A DNA stretch of 64,000 nt from Zygnema circumcarinatum SAG 698-1b (GCA_037447605.1 CM074823.1:1178001-1242000), one strand, 5' to 3'. Numbered from the stretch's first letter, positions 21,036-49,965 are shown. Notes: a model not told the origin generated them from the letters alone. Program-made: numbers and translations.

Positions 21036-21830
21036 ATGGCTCCGACCACTGCCGCGCGGCCACCTGTTCCCCTCCCCCTCCTCCTCCTCCTCTCCCTCTC
21101 CCTCTCCCTCTCCCTCTCTCTCCCTCTCTCCGTCTCCGCCGCGACGGCTCCCTGGATCCCCATCAACGCCACGTTCTATGGCGGCGTCACCGGCAACGGA
21201 ACGTTCAACGGCGCATGTGCCTACGGCGACACGAACAGAACTGGGTACGGAATCAACACAGCGAGCGTCTCCGGCCAAGTGTGGGCCAACGGGGCGGCCT
21301 GCGGCTCCTGCTACGAGGTTCAATGCCTCTCGATAAAGTCAAAGTATTGCCTCCCAAATAACCCCCTCGTTAAAGTCACAGTGACCAACCTCTGCCCCGC
21401 CGGCGACGTGAGGTGTGCGCTCCCAAAAATTCACTTTACGCTCGCTCAGCCGACCTTCGCTCTCCTCGGTAAAGTCATCGCCGGGGTGCTCCCGGTACAA
21501 GTGAGGAAGGTGGCTTGTAATAAGAAGGTGGGAGGGATGGTGTTCTCCATATTGAAGGGGAGCAATGAGTACTATTTGGAGGTGCTTATATCGAATGTGG
21601 GAGGGGGGGGAGACATCGCTGCTGTCAATATTAAGTTTGATAATGGGAAGTGGCAGAACATGTACCGAAACTATGGGGCAGTTTGGTCGGTGACCGGGCA
21701 GAGCTACTTGAAGAAGGTGATGTCATTCCAGGTGAAGTCGCTGACGTCAGGAACCATCCTGACGGCAACCAATGTTGTGCCCAAAACGTGGATGAACGGA
21801 GGGAAGTACCAGTCCACGGTTAACTTTTAA
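21036..21830 (+). CDS. EXP: Expansin-family protein (EXPA-like), intronless, 264 aa
   Basis: Signal-peptide-like [21 protein letters not shown], then ATFYGG, GACAYG, CGSCYEVQC, TNLCP, LISNVGGGGDI, WQNMYRNYGAVW and VVPKTW...STVNF. Colinear paralog of 16432-17274. Confidence 0.93.
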   Translation: MAPTTAARPPVPLPLLLLLSLSLSLSLSLPLSVSAATAPWIPINATFYGGVTGNGTFNGACAYGDTNRTGYGINTASVSGQVWANGAACGSCYEVQCLSIKSKYCLPNNPLVKVTVTNLCPAGDVRCALPKIHFTLAQPTFALLGKVIAGVLPVQVRKVACNKKVGGMVFSILKGSNEYYLEVLISNVGGGGDIAAVNIKFDNGKWQNMYRNYGAVWSVTGQSYLKKVMSFQVKSLTSGTILTATNVVPKTWMNGGKYQSTVNF

Positions 21831-24281
21831 GAGGGAGAGAGGGAGAGAGGCGAGAGAGGGAGTGAGGGAGAGGGAGAGGGGAGGGAAGAAGGGACCAGAG
21901 GGAGAGAAGGAGAGAGGGAGAGGGAGGAGGGAGGGAAGAGGGGGACCAGAGGGAGGGAGGGAGAGAGGAGAGGGGGAGTGAGGGAGAGGGAGGGAAGAAG
22001 GGGACGAGAGGGAGAGAGGGAATGAGGGAGAGGGAGGAGGAAGGGAAGAGGGGGACGAGAGGGATAGGGGCAGGGAGGGGGAAGGGGGAGTGGGAGGGTG
22101 GAGGGACAGGGGGAGAGGTGAGAGAGGGAGAGACAGTGGGAGGGAGAGAGGGAGAGACCCACTAGTTACACTGCATGTGCTTACGTACTATGAAGTGAAT
22201 TAGAGTACTTTTGTTTTTTGGATTTATTTTGTTTTGGGAGCACAGGGGCGAGGAAGGCTTTTGTTAGAGCAGGGTTCAGGCGGGCAATTTTGTTAAACCT
22301 TTTGGCGTTCATTTATTTTTTCAATTTTAAGATGAGGCTGAGAAGTGCGCAATATTTTTGAAGGATGGTGGAGCTCAGCGTGAGCATTTTTGGTGTTTGA
22401 TTGATCCCATTGGTTTCATGAACAATGTGGTCTTCCATGTACGTGTACGCCCTACCTAAATCTGCTCCTCCCCCCTCTCTCTCACTCGTGGTTCTTACAT
22501 TTCTAAAACCCCTAAAAAAGTGCACCAGAGAAGTAAACAATCTTCACAACCGCTTGGAAGAGGCATCTCAAATGTCTGAGGAGTTTCAACATGGGCTCGT
22601 GACACGTGCCATCCTCCATTCCGTAAATTCCCTTATGCAGGCTCATGATGTTGTAGGACTGCAATGGAATGTGGAATGGTGTGGAATGTATGTACATGTT
22701 GTGATCGAAGGAGAGAAGGAAAATGGCATTGAACTCACGATGGCGAGCGAGGCCATCAAATGTCCATGGACAAAAGCAGCAGCATGGGGAACCACGAGGA
22801 ACTGGTCGCAGAGGACCTAAGCACAAAAGAAAGAGGTTAAGAGCGGAAAACTACGCCTCGGCGGAGCAAAGCATAGAAGCAGCCGCGAAGGTCACCGATG
22901 TGCGGCACATCGCGAGGAGGAGGATTGTGAGATGGTATGATTGATGTTCGTCATTGTGATGTTTAAAAGTGTGATGTATCGAGCATGGGAGTAACGCATC
23001 ACACCAACCAACCCAAGCAATCAACCTACCAACCAACCAGCCCTGACCAACCTTCAACATGCTATGAGAGAGATGGCTGCTTTATCTCCGGCGGAGATTA
23101 CCAGATCAAGACCATAAGGAGTAGCCAACCCCGCACCGCGCACACCAATCTTCAGGGTTTTATGATTCGTATGTTTTTGTCGGTGTGTTTTTTATCATTT
23201 ATCAGCCACCATTCGCAAGAATTCTATGGCTAAAAAAGTTTATTGCTAGAAAAGCGTCTGAGATCCTGTCTGGGTAATTCAAAAGAGCGAGAATTATTTG
23301 ATAGGATTTTTGAAGGTTTTGAAGTTTATCAAGTTCCTCTAGCTAAGGGCTTTAAAATAAAAAATTATTCTTTAAATGTTTGGAGTGTCCAGAGTTTTCG
23401 CCTTTTCTATATTTCTGTGTGTTTTTTGTGTCTACAGCCTACAGCCTACACCCTCAGGCAGAAAGCTCAACGCTTCGTTTCATGAATGACACATTCTCTC
23501 TCTCCCTCTACCACTCTTCCTCTCCTCGCCCTCTCGTCTTCTCTCCCTTTCGCTCCCGCCTCTCGCCCTTCGTCTCTCTCACTCTCTCTGCTCCCCCTCC
23601 CCACCTTCTCTCCCCCTCTCCCTCGCATATCACACATTCATTGGCATAGTCACGCCCCCATTTCAGCCCACCGCCCGAATGTACATCTCGGAAGTTGTCA
23701 GATACTTGGTACACCGCTGTGCTCGTCCCCGAGCTTGCAGCATCTTCAAGCAGCTTAGACCATAAACCTGAACAAAGAATCGGCTGCTTTACTCACTTGC
23801 TCTTCCTCTCTCTATCTCCCTCCCCCCGCATGTGCGCTCCCTTCCTCCTTCTGCTTGTGTGCCTCTGCTTGTCAATGTCTACGAGAAACCTTCTGAGAAA
23901 AAGGAAAAAAAAAAAAAAAACCAAATCAAAGCTCTCTCTCCCTTCTACCGTTTGCATTACTCTGCGCTGCGCTGTTATGTCAGTTCCCTCCCTCGCCCTC
24001 CCTCCTCCCTCACTCTCTCCTCCCGCTCCCGCTCCCCCTCCTCCCTCCCTCCAACTCTCCCTCCTCGCTCTCTCCCTCTCCCTCCTTCCCTCCCTCCCTC
24101 CCTCCCTTCCTCCCTCTCCCTCTCCTCCCTCCCTCTCTCCCTCTCCCCCNNNNNNNNNNCCCTCCCCCCTCCCTCTTTCCCTCTCCTCCCTCCTCCCTCC
24201 CTCCCTCCCTCTCTCTCTCTCTCCCTCCCCGCACCGTGAATGAGTCAGATTATAGTCAGAACACGAGTCCTGCCTGCCTGC

Positions 24282-40590
<16,309 letters not shown>

Positions 40591-42907
40591 GATCTCTCCT
40601 TCTCCTCGTCAGCTAACTTAGCTCAGGATAACCCTAATTTGTCAAACGCAAGTGTATCCTTCCGCACCCTCGCTATACGCAAATCCTCCAAACCCTAATT
40701 TCTCCTCTGACTCTCTTTCCCTCCCTCGCTCTCGCTCTCTCTCTCACTCTCTCCTTTAATTTCCTTAGCCGCTTTCCGTCAGGATCCGGGCAACCCTAGT
40801 TTTTGTCTTCCGCGTGTCGGTGGTATGCGGCTGCAAAGAGATCCTTCTGCCCAGCAGACAAGGCCCATATGGAACGGCTCTGATCAGTGCTAGGAAAAGG
40901 AGTGAACTAAACGGAAATGAAAACAGCGTTTGCCTCCGTTGGCAGTACGGAAGACCTTGCAGAGTAAAAGTTGGAGTCCAATAGACTGTGTATGAAAGAG
41001 GGAGAGAGGAAGAGAGGGAGAGAGAGGGGGAGAAAGACAGGGAGAGAGAGTGGGGAGGAAGACAGGGAGAAAGAGAGGGGGAGAAAGAAAACGGGAACGG
41101 AGAGAGAAGGGACGGAAGGAGGTGAGAGAAATGACGAGGGGCAGGAAAAAAGGGATGGGGAGAACTAGAGAGGGAGACAAAGAGAGAGAGAGTGAGAGAG
41201 AAAGAGGAAAAAGTGGGAGAGGGAGCGGGAGACGGAGAGAGAGAGGAGAGCGAGGAAGAGGGCGAGGGAGATGGAAAGAAAGATGCATTGAAAGATGCAA
41301 GACAAAGCAGGAAGAGAAAGCGGGAGAGTGAGAGGGAGAGAGAAAGGAAAGAGATACAGACAGGGAGGGAGAGATGGGAGGAGAAGGAGAAGTACAGAAA
41401 GAGAGAAAATGCAAAGGATATAGGAAATTACGTCTCGAAATATAAAGGAGTTTCAGAAAAAAAGAAGACGACAGAGAGAAAGAGGAGAGAGCGAGAGCGA
41501 GAGACAGAAAGAGTGAGCAACAGAGAGGAAGAGAGCGAGAGAGAGCAAGAGAGTGCAACAAAGAGGGAGTGAGAGAGAAACAGTGAGGGACAGAGAGAGA
41601 AACAGAGAGGGACAGAAAGAGAGAGAGTGACAGAGAGAGAGAGGGAGAGACACACACCGAGCCGCGAATCTCCTTAAGCGCCGCCGCCAGCCATGGCCGC
41701 AGCAGCAAGTGTCCAGGCTTCTTCTTCTATGCTTCTGAAAGTACCAAGATGCCGCCTAGGGTTTTAGGGTTCCCGCTTCTGCAGATTCTGTATTGACAGT
41801 TTCTAGGGTTTGGGAAGCCTCCCCTCCCACTCTCCCTTCCTCCCTCCCTCCCGCCCTTCTCCCTCCCCTCTCCCTCTCGCTCTTGCTCGCCGCTTCTTCC
41901 TCCGCCCTTCAAGGCTCCGCTCCGCTTTGGTCCGTTGGAGAGATCCGATGTGGCGCACACGTGGCACACATGTGGCGTATACGTGGCAGTTTGGAGGGCA
42001 GTGATTGGTCGAGAAGACGTAAGTATTGCCACGTCATCGGTTGTTCTCTTGGAAAGTTCGCAAGTCCTTAGGGATTGTGTGCGGGCAGTGGGTGCAGAGT
42101 TCGACAAGTGTTGCGATGGAGTTGTGGGAGAGGCAATGTTTGCAAGTTGGGGCAGCATGAGTGCTAGGAATGAAGGGTGGTTCAATTAAAGGGGGAAGAT
42201 GGTTGTTGTGTTGTTGTTGTTGTTTCAAAGACTGAACATTTAGAGAGAATGAGAATGGTTTTTCTTGATGTTGTTGTTTGCTATGTTGTTTTGTTGGTAG
42301 GATGACTTTCATATTGTTATTATAGTTGTTCCTGTTGTTGTTGCTAGTACTCTTTGGTTTTTGTTTCTGTTGAAATAGGCGTCTCAACTTCTTGTTGTTG
42401 TTTTAAAGTGTTGTTTTGCATTACATTCTACGAGTGCAACCTGAATCCATGCTTGAAGCCTTGAACAATGTTGTTGTAGGAAATTCATGCTTCTATTTCA
42501 TCTGTTGTTTAACATTACATTGTACAAGTGCAACCGAACTCCATCCTTGAAGCTTAGAACAATGTTTTTGCTGTTGTTCATGTGAGGACGACTTGAATTC
42601 CGCCTATTGCTACTTTGACTTTTGGAGGGACTACGATATTTCTGACGGTACGAACTCCGACCAATCAGCGGCCGAAAAGACACGTGTAACTCTCTGTAAA
42701 GCTGGTGGACATGGAACCTGGACACAGGAATTTTCCAGATCCGTCGAAGCTTCGCAGACTGTTACGGTGCCTAAATTTTTTTTCCGGCATAATTTTTTCG
42801 TAATTTTTTTTCCAAACATTTTTAATGCCCAAAACTATTACCTTCGCGGTCTTAAGCTAATCATAGGGCTGCGGAAAAAACTTTCTTCCATGTGTCACAC
42901 TTTATTA

Positions 42908-43484
42908 GGGCGTGTCAGACTTAAAAAATTCTCGTAATACTAAAAACTCGATATTCGTAACATTTCGAGTCAACGTCAGTAAAACTAAAATTCCCGAGCC
43001 TAGTTTTTCGCACTCGCGGCGCGGTCCTGTTCGCACTCCGCGATCGCCGTCTTCGCACTTCTCCAAACGCCGTGTTCGCAACTTCGCCCTCGCGCGGGGC
43101 CCTCAGACTTAGAAACAGCGCCGGCGCGGCGCGCGGAGACCGCTTGTCGTTGTGTCGTGTTGCGCGTCACGGGCGGGCGCGGGCGCGGGCGGGAAGCCGG
43201 GAAAACAACCATGACGTCACGTTGACGCGATTCTCGCCAGTATTTTCTTCGCACGTCCATTTCGGCGCCTCTTTTGGGTGCGAACAAAATCGTGCGAAGA
43301 AATGCAATTTCAGTAAACCCCACGGGTCAATCTTCGCAACGTTGACCCGTTGACTTAGTACAGTTGACTTCCGTTCGGTTCGGTTTAGGTTCGGAGGCGC
43401 GATGATTTTTAGTACTTAGTAACCTCGATTCTCGTAATACTAAAAACTCGATATTCGTAACATTTTGTTAAGTCTGACACGCCC
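42908..43484. mobile_element. MITE (577 bp) between the divergent XPO1 and VAP genes
   Basis: TIR GGGCGTGTCAGACTTAA(A/C)AAAAT with TA on both flanks. Subterminal direct repeat CTCGTAATACTAAAAACTCGATATTCGTAACATTT at both ends. Confidence 0.85.
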
Positions 43485-43974
43485 TATTGGCTCGTAATGT
43501 GTTTCAATCTGCCCGTCAGGAAAAACGCGCACATAACAGTTTTTCTTTAGTTTCGGGCAGTTGTTGAAAACTTTCTACGGCCCTCAAATCCTATTCGTCC
43601 CTACTGTCGGTCATCCAAAACATTTTTTTCAATTTGATTTTGCGATTTTCTTTTCTGGATCTCTTGATCCGCCCAAAGTCCTGACCAACCTTTGAACCCT
43701 CGCGCTCTACCTTGCCCCCTCCCGGCCAATGCCACTCTGACACGTGTACAAATTGTACACGTGGCGCGCCGTCAGTGGTTGAAGCTCACCTGAAGCGTTG
43801 CAATGGAGACTGGTAACCCTAATTTTTTTTGCAGATCTGCGCAGTTGCAAGATTAGGGTTTGGGAGGCCTTCCCCTCTCTCTCTCTCTCTATCACACACA
43901 CACATCTCTCCTTTCTTACCTTCTCTCCCTCTCTTTATCTCTCTTTAAGGAACTTCTGTAGTGTCTGTCAGTCT

Positions 43975-46954
43975 CTCTCTCTCACTCTCTCACTCTCTCA
44001 CTCACCCTCTAGCTCTTTCCGTGTCTCTCTCTCTCTCTCGCTCTCGCTCTCGCTCTCTCTCTCTCCTCCTTTGCAGATCCGTGAATTAGGGTTTGGAGAG
44101 CTTCCAGCTGTGCCAGCACCATGCATGGAGAGCTTCTGAACATCCAGCCTGGAGAGCTCAAGTTTCCTTGTACTCTATCTCTCTCTCTCCCCCCAGTCTC
44201 TCTCACTCTCTCTCCCTATCCCACTCTTCTTTCACTCTGGTTCTCTCTCATGCACGCAGACGCACACTCAAACACTCGGTCTCTCATTCCTCTCTCGCTC
44301 TCCCCCTCTCTCTTTCTCCCCCTCTTTCTCTCCCTCTCACTCTCTCTTTCTCTCTCCCTCCCTCTCTCTCTCCCCCTCCCTCTCTCCCCCTCTCTCTCTC
44401 CCCCTCTCTCTCTCCCCNNNNNNNNNNCCCCCTCCCTCTCTCCCCCTCTCTCTCTCCCCCTCTCTCTCTCCCCCTCTCTCTCTCTCTCCCTCTCTCTCTC
44501 TCTCCCCCTCTCTCCTTCTCTCTCCCATCTCACGCCTTCTGTTTACCATGCTCTGTTCCGTTCGGTTTCATTTTTTTTTCTTGGTTTCATTTTCACACTC
44601 TCCTTCCTCCCTCCCTTTGCTTTGATGTGCTTGTCTCAGATCTGCTTTGTTGGCGTGCTTTTTTTTCCCTTAATTCGAGTGCATGTAAACTTGCATTATA
44701 GGGTGGGCCGCTCCATTGAAGGTACCCACCCTTCAAAGGTTAGCAGAGGCCAATCACGGCTTGCCCGGTCCGCATAATTTTCTGACGTGGCACGCTGCGA
44801 TTGGTCCAATCAAGCCAATTATATCTCCAATGAAGTCCGGGCATTTTTTTTTTTTTTTACTGTTGCTTCTGCTTACGAAGGATGGAAGAAAAAATGATGA
44901 TGTTGATGTGAGATTGGTTCTTAATCGTAGGGTATCTTGGTCATGAAAGTTGGGTTAAACTTACCTATGATGACTACTGCTCAATCTGATCTTGTTACTT
45001 TGTCGGATTTTGACGCCATCTGTTTTTTTAACCCCTTCAGTTTGCAGTTTTCAGTTTGTGGTTGTCAGTTTGTGGTTTCTGGTTTGTGGTTCGTACAGTC
45101 AGTGATCTATCTTCTTAAAAGTCAATTTTTACATGTGAGAGCCTCTGCCAATGTAAAATATGGATCTATGAACTTGTTTTGTTTACCAGATACAGCTTTT
45201 TAACCGCCCCATGTTGTCGTTTCCTTCCTCTCCCTCCCCGCATATCTTCCTTTTTTTCTTCAGTTGAGCTGAAGAAGCAGGTCTCCTGCTCGCTGCGACT
45301 CGTCAATGTCACGTCCGAATATGTGGCCTTCAAGGTGAGGATGGGGAGGAGGAGGAGAGGGAGAGGGAGAGGGACCCAGGTCCGAGGGAGAGTTAGAGGG
45401 AGAGGGAGAGGGAGAGGGAGAGTTAGAGGGAGAGGGAGACGGACGCAGGTCTGAGGGCTGAGGGGGCTAGGGAAGGGAAAAAGGGCTGGAGGGAGTGGGG
45501 GGGGGGGGGCTGGATGGAGTGATGGAGAGAAAGAGGCAGGGAAAGGGATGTGGAGGGGAGAGAGAGAGAGAGAGAGAGATGAGAGAGGAGAGATGGGAGA
45601 GATATGGGGAGAGATTTGTAGCGAGGGGTGAGGGGGCCGGGGAGTGGGAGATGGCTGGAGGGAGTGAGGGAGTGAGGAGAGGAGGGATGGGGGGGAGGGG
45701 GTGCGTGACGACGAAGATGGAGAGAAAGGACTGAGGGAGTGAGGGAGAGAAATGGATGAGTAGAGCAGGGCGGAGATTTAGAGGGAGGTATGAAGGGGTA
45801 GGGGCGTGGGGGAGGGTTGGATGGGAGGAAGAAGGAGAGAAAGGGGGCAGGTGACAGAGATGGAGAGAGGGATGAAGGGGTGGGAGCGGCTGAGATCCGA
45901 AGAGATTTAGGGAAAGGGCAAGGAGTGAGAGCGAGAGGGAGAGCGGGGAAGAAGGCAATGTGAGGAAAAGACGGAAAGCGGGCGGGTGAGGAGGAGACGC
46001 AGAGAGAGAGGAAAGAGAGGGAGGCGGAGAGGAAAAGAGTCGGAGGGGGAAATGAGAGACGATGGAGAGGAAGGAGAGGGAGAGGGAGGGGGAAAGGGAG
46101 ATACTGAGGCTGAGAGGTAGTGGCAGAGAGAGCAAGGATGACTTCCTTGATGCCTTCACTTTTTGACATATTGGTTTCAAATTAGGGTTATGGATCCATC
46201 CATGACTGTTGGCTTGTTTTACTTATCAACCGGCAGACCGACCGACCAACCAAGTTGCTGACTTACCGACTTTCTGCTTTAGTCCTAATTTCGTAGCATA
46301 CCTATTCTTCGCATCGAGCTTTTTCTTTGCCTTATTCCTATGATTCCTTGAATTATATGGATTCATTGCACATCTGTGCTTCGTTCTTCGGGCTACTCTC
46401 GACACTCTACTGACGGGATTTGGTATGGAGTCCTAGAAATTAGGGCTAGTCGTGGGGTCATAAAAATTAGGGTTTCCAGGGAACCTTTTCCTGCAACTTG
46501 AAAGTCGAGCCATTGCAATCCTCTCTCTCCATCTTCTTTCTCTCCAGGTCTGTTGTGTTATGTTATTTCTGCTTATTCGTGTTTCCTACTTTCTTTGTCG
46601 TTTCTTTCCAGGTCAAGACAACTTCTCCTAAGAAGTATTGTGTGAGGCCAAACACAGGCGTTGTTCCTCCTCAGAGCAGCGCTGAAGTGACAGGTGTGAT
46701 GCTCTTAAAAGCAAGGAAATCAGTGCCCTTTTGGTTGTATTATTGTATAAATGTAAAAATACTTAAATCTGGTTTTTGCTTTTTATAACTTGGCTTTTTC
46801 TTGGTCATTCTTATCGCTACTATTCAACGATTGTGTAATCACCCCATCTTTTCTCCCCTTCCAACCATTCACTGTCTTCCCCCAGTACCTCCTCTCCCCA
46901 TTTCCCCTGCTCCCCTCCCCGCCTCTCCCTATCTCCCGGTATCTTGAACTTCAC

Positions 46955-47004
<50 letters not shown>

Positions 47005-47029
47005 TTTTCTCTCTCTCTTTCTCTCTCTT

Positions 47030-47069
<40 letters not shown>

Positions 47070-49915
47070 TCACTCTCTCACTCACCCTCTAGCTCTTTCC
47101 GTGTCTCTCTCTCTCTCTCGCTCTCGCTCTCGCTCTCTCTCTCTCCTCCTTTGCAGATCCGTGAATTAGGGTTTGGAGAGCTTCCAGCTGTGCCAGCACC
47201 ATGCATGGAGAGCTTCTGAACATCCAGCCTGGAGAGCTCAAGTTTCCTTGTACTCTATCTCTCTCTCTCCCCCCAGTCTCTCTCACTCTCTCTCCCTATC
47301 CCACTCTTCTTTCACTCTGGTTCTCTCTCATGCACGCAGACGCACACTCAAACACTCGGTCTCTCATTCCTCTCTCGCTCTNNNNNNNNNNTTCTCTCTC
47401 CCTCCCTCTCTCTCTCCCCCTCCCTCTCTCCCCCTCTCTCTCTCCCCCTCTCTCTCTCCCCCTCTCTCTCTCTCTCCCTCTCTCTCTCTCTCCCCCTCTC
47501 TCCTTCTCTCTCCCATCTCACGCCTTCTGTTTACCATGCTCTGTTCCGTTCGGTTTCATTTTTTTTTCTTGGTTTCATTTTCACACTCTCCTTCCTCCCT
47601 CCCTTTGCTTTGATGTGCTTGTCTCAGATCTGCTTTGTTGGCGTGCTTTTTTTTCCCTTAATTCGAGTGCATGTAAACTTGCATTATAGGGTGGGCCGCT
47701 CCATTGAAGGTACCCACCCTTCAAAGGTTAGCAGAGGCCAATCACGGCTTGCCCGGTCCGCATAATTTTCTGACGTGGCACGCTGCGATTGGTCCAATCA
47801 AGCCAATTATATCTCCAATGAAGTCCGGGCATTTTTTTTTTTTTTTACTGTTGCTTCTGCTTACGAAGGATGGAAGAAAAAATGATGATGTTGATGTGAG
47901 ATTGGTTCTTAATCGTAGGGTATCTTGGTCATGAAAGTTGGGTTAAACTTACCTATGATGACTACTGCTCAATCTGATCTTGTTACTTTGTCGGATTTTG
48001 ACGCCATCTGTTTTTTTAACCCCTTCAGTTTGCAGTTTTCAGTTTGTGGTTGTCAGTTTGTGGTTTCTGGTTTGTGGTTCGTACAGTCAGTGATCTATCT
48101 TCTTAAAAGTCAATTTTTACATGTGAGAGCCTCTGCCAATGTAAAATATGGATCTATGAACTTGTTTTGTTTACCAGATACAGCTTTTTAACCGCCCCAT
48201 GTTGTCGTTTCCTTCCTCTCCCTCCCCGCATATCTTCCTTTTTTTCTTCAGTTGAGCTGAAGAAGCAGGTCTCCTGCTCGCTGCGACTCGTCAATGTCAC
48301 GTCCGAATATGTGGCCTTCAAGGTGAGGATGGGGAGGAGGAGGAGAGGGAGAGGGAGAGGGACCCAGGTCCGAGGGAGAGTTAGAGGGAGAGGGAGACGG
48401 ACGCAGGTCTGAGGGCTGAGGGGGCTAGGGAAGGGAAAAAGGGCTGGAGGGAGTGGGGGGGGGGGGGCTGGATGGAGTGATGGAGAGAAAGAGGCAGGGA
48501 AAGGGATGTGGAGGGGAGAGAGAGAGAGAGAGGAGAGAGATGAGAGAGGAGAGATGGGAGAGATATGGGGAGAGATTTGTAGCGAGGGGTGAGGGGGCCG
48601 GGGAGTGGGAGATGGCTGGAGGGAGTGAGGGAGTGAGGAGAGGAGGGATGGGGGGGAGGGGGTGCGTGACGACGAAGATGGAGAGAAAGGACTGAGGGAG
48701 TGAGGGAGAGAAATGGATGAGTAGAGCAGGGCGGAGATTTAGAGGGAGGTATGAAGGGGTAGGGGCGTGGGGGAGGGTTGGATGGGAGGAAGAAGGAGAG
48801 AAAGGGGGCAGGTGACAGAGATGGAGAGAGGGATGAAGGGGTGGGAGCGGCTGAGATCCGAAGAGATTTAGGGAAAGGGCAAGGAGTGAGAGCGAGAGGG
48901 AGAGCGGGGAAGAAGGCAATGTGAGGAAAAGACGGAAAGCGGGCGGGTGAGGAGGAGACGCAGAGAGAGAGGAAAGAGAGGGAGGCGGAGAGGAAAAGAG
49001 TCGGAGGGGGAAATGAGAGACGATGGAGAGGAAGGAGAGGGAGAGGGAGGGGGAAAGGGAGATACTGAGGCTGAGAGGTAGTGGCAGAGAGAGCAAGGAT
49101 GACTTCCTTGATGCCTTCACTTTTTGACATATTGGTTTCAAATTAGGGTTATGGATCCATCCATGACTGTTGGCTTGTTTTACTTATCAACCGGCAGACC
49201 GACCGACCAACCAAGTTGCTGACTTACCGACTTTCTGCTTTAGTCCTAATTTCGTAGCATACCTATTCTTCGCATCGAGCTTTTTCTTTGCCTTATTCCT
49301 ATGATTCCTTGAATTATATGGATTCATTGCACATCTGTGCTTCGTTCTTCGGGCTACTCTCGACACTCTACTGACGGGATTTGGTATGGAGTCCTAGAAA
49401 TTAGGGCTAGTCGTGGGGTCATAAAAATTAGGGTTTCCAGGGAACCTTTTCCTGCAACTTGAAAGTCGAGCCATTGCAATCCTCTCTCTCCATCTTCTTT
49501 CTCTCCAGGTCTGTTGTGTTATGTTATTTCTGCTTATTCGTGTTTCCTACTTTCTTTGTCGTTTCTTTCCAGGTCAAGACAACTTCTCCTAAGAAGTATT
49601 GTGTGAGGCCAAACACAGGCGTTGTTCCTCCTCAGAGCAGCGCTGAAGTGACAGGTGTGATGCTCTTAAAAGCAAGGAAATCAGTGCCCTTTTGGTTGTA
49701 TTATTGTATAAATGTAAAAATACTTAAATCTGGTTTTTGCTTTTTATAACTTGGCTTTTTCTTGGTCATTCTTATCGCTACTATTCAACGATTGTGTAAT
49801 CACCCCATCTTTTCTCCCCTTCCAACCATTCACTGTCTTCCCCCAGTACCTCCTCTCCCCATTTCCCCTGCTCCCCTCCCCGCCTCTCCCTATCTCCCGG
49901 TATCTTGAACTTCAC

Positions 49916-49965
<50 letters not shown>

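Noticed and set aside
22400-23250. Possible transposase remnant or small gene
   Set aside because: Only a short DNA match to 13920-13970 is evident; no DDE motif or splice-consistent ORF could be supported.
42195-42420. Gln/Asn-rich ORF (42034-42387, minus strand)
   Set aside because: Degenerate (GTT)n microsatellite with a TTG start and no domain evidence.
44783-44790. UPRE-like TGACGTGG with CCAAT boxes in VAP intron 1 (also 47771-47778)
   Set aside because: A single 8-mer in a genome region rich in ACGTG motifs; spacing does not match the plant UPRE or ERSE consensus.
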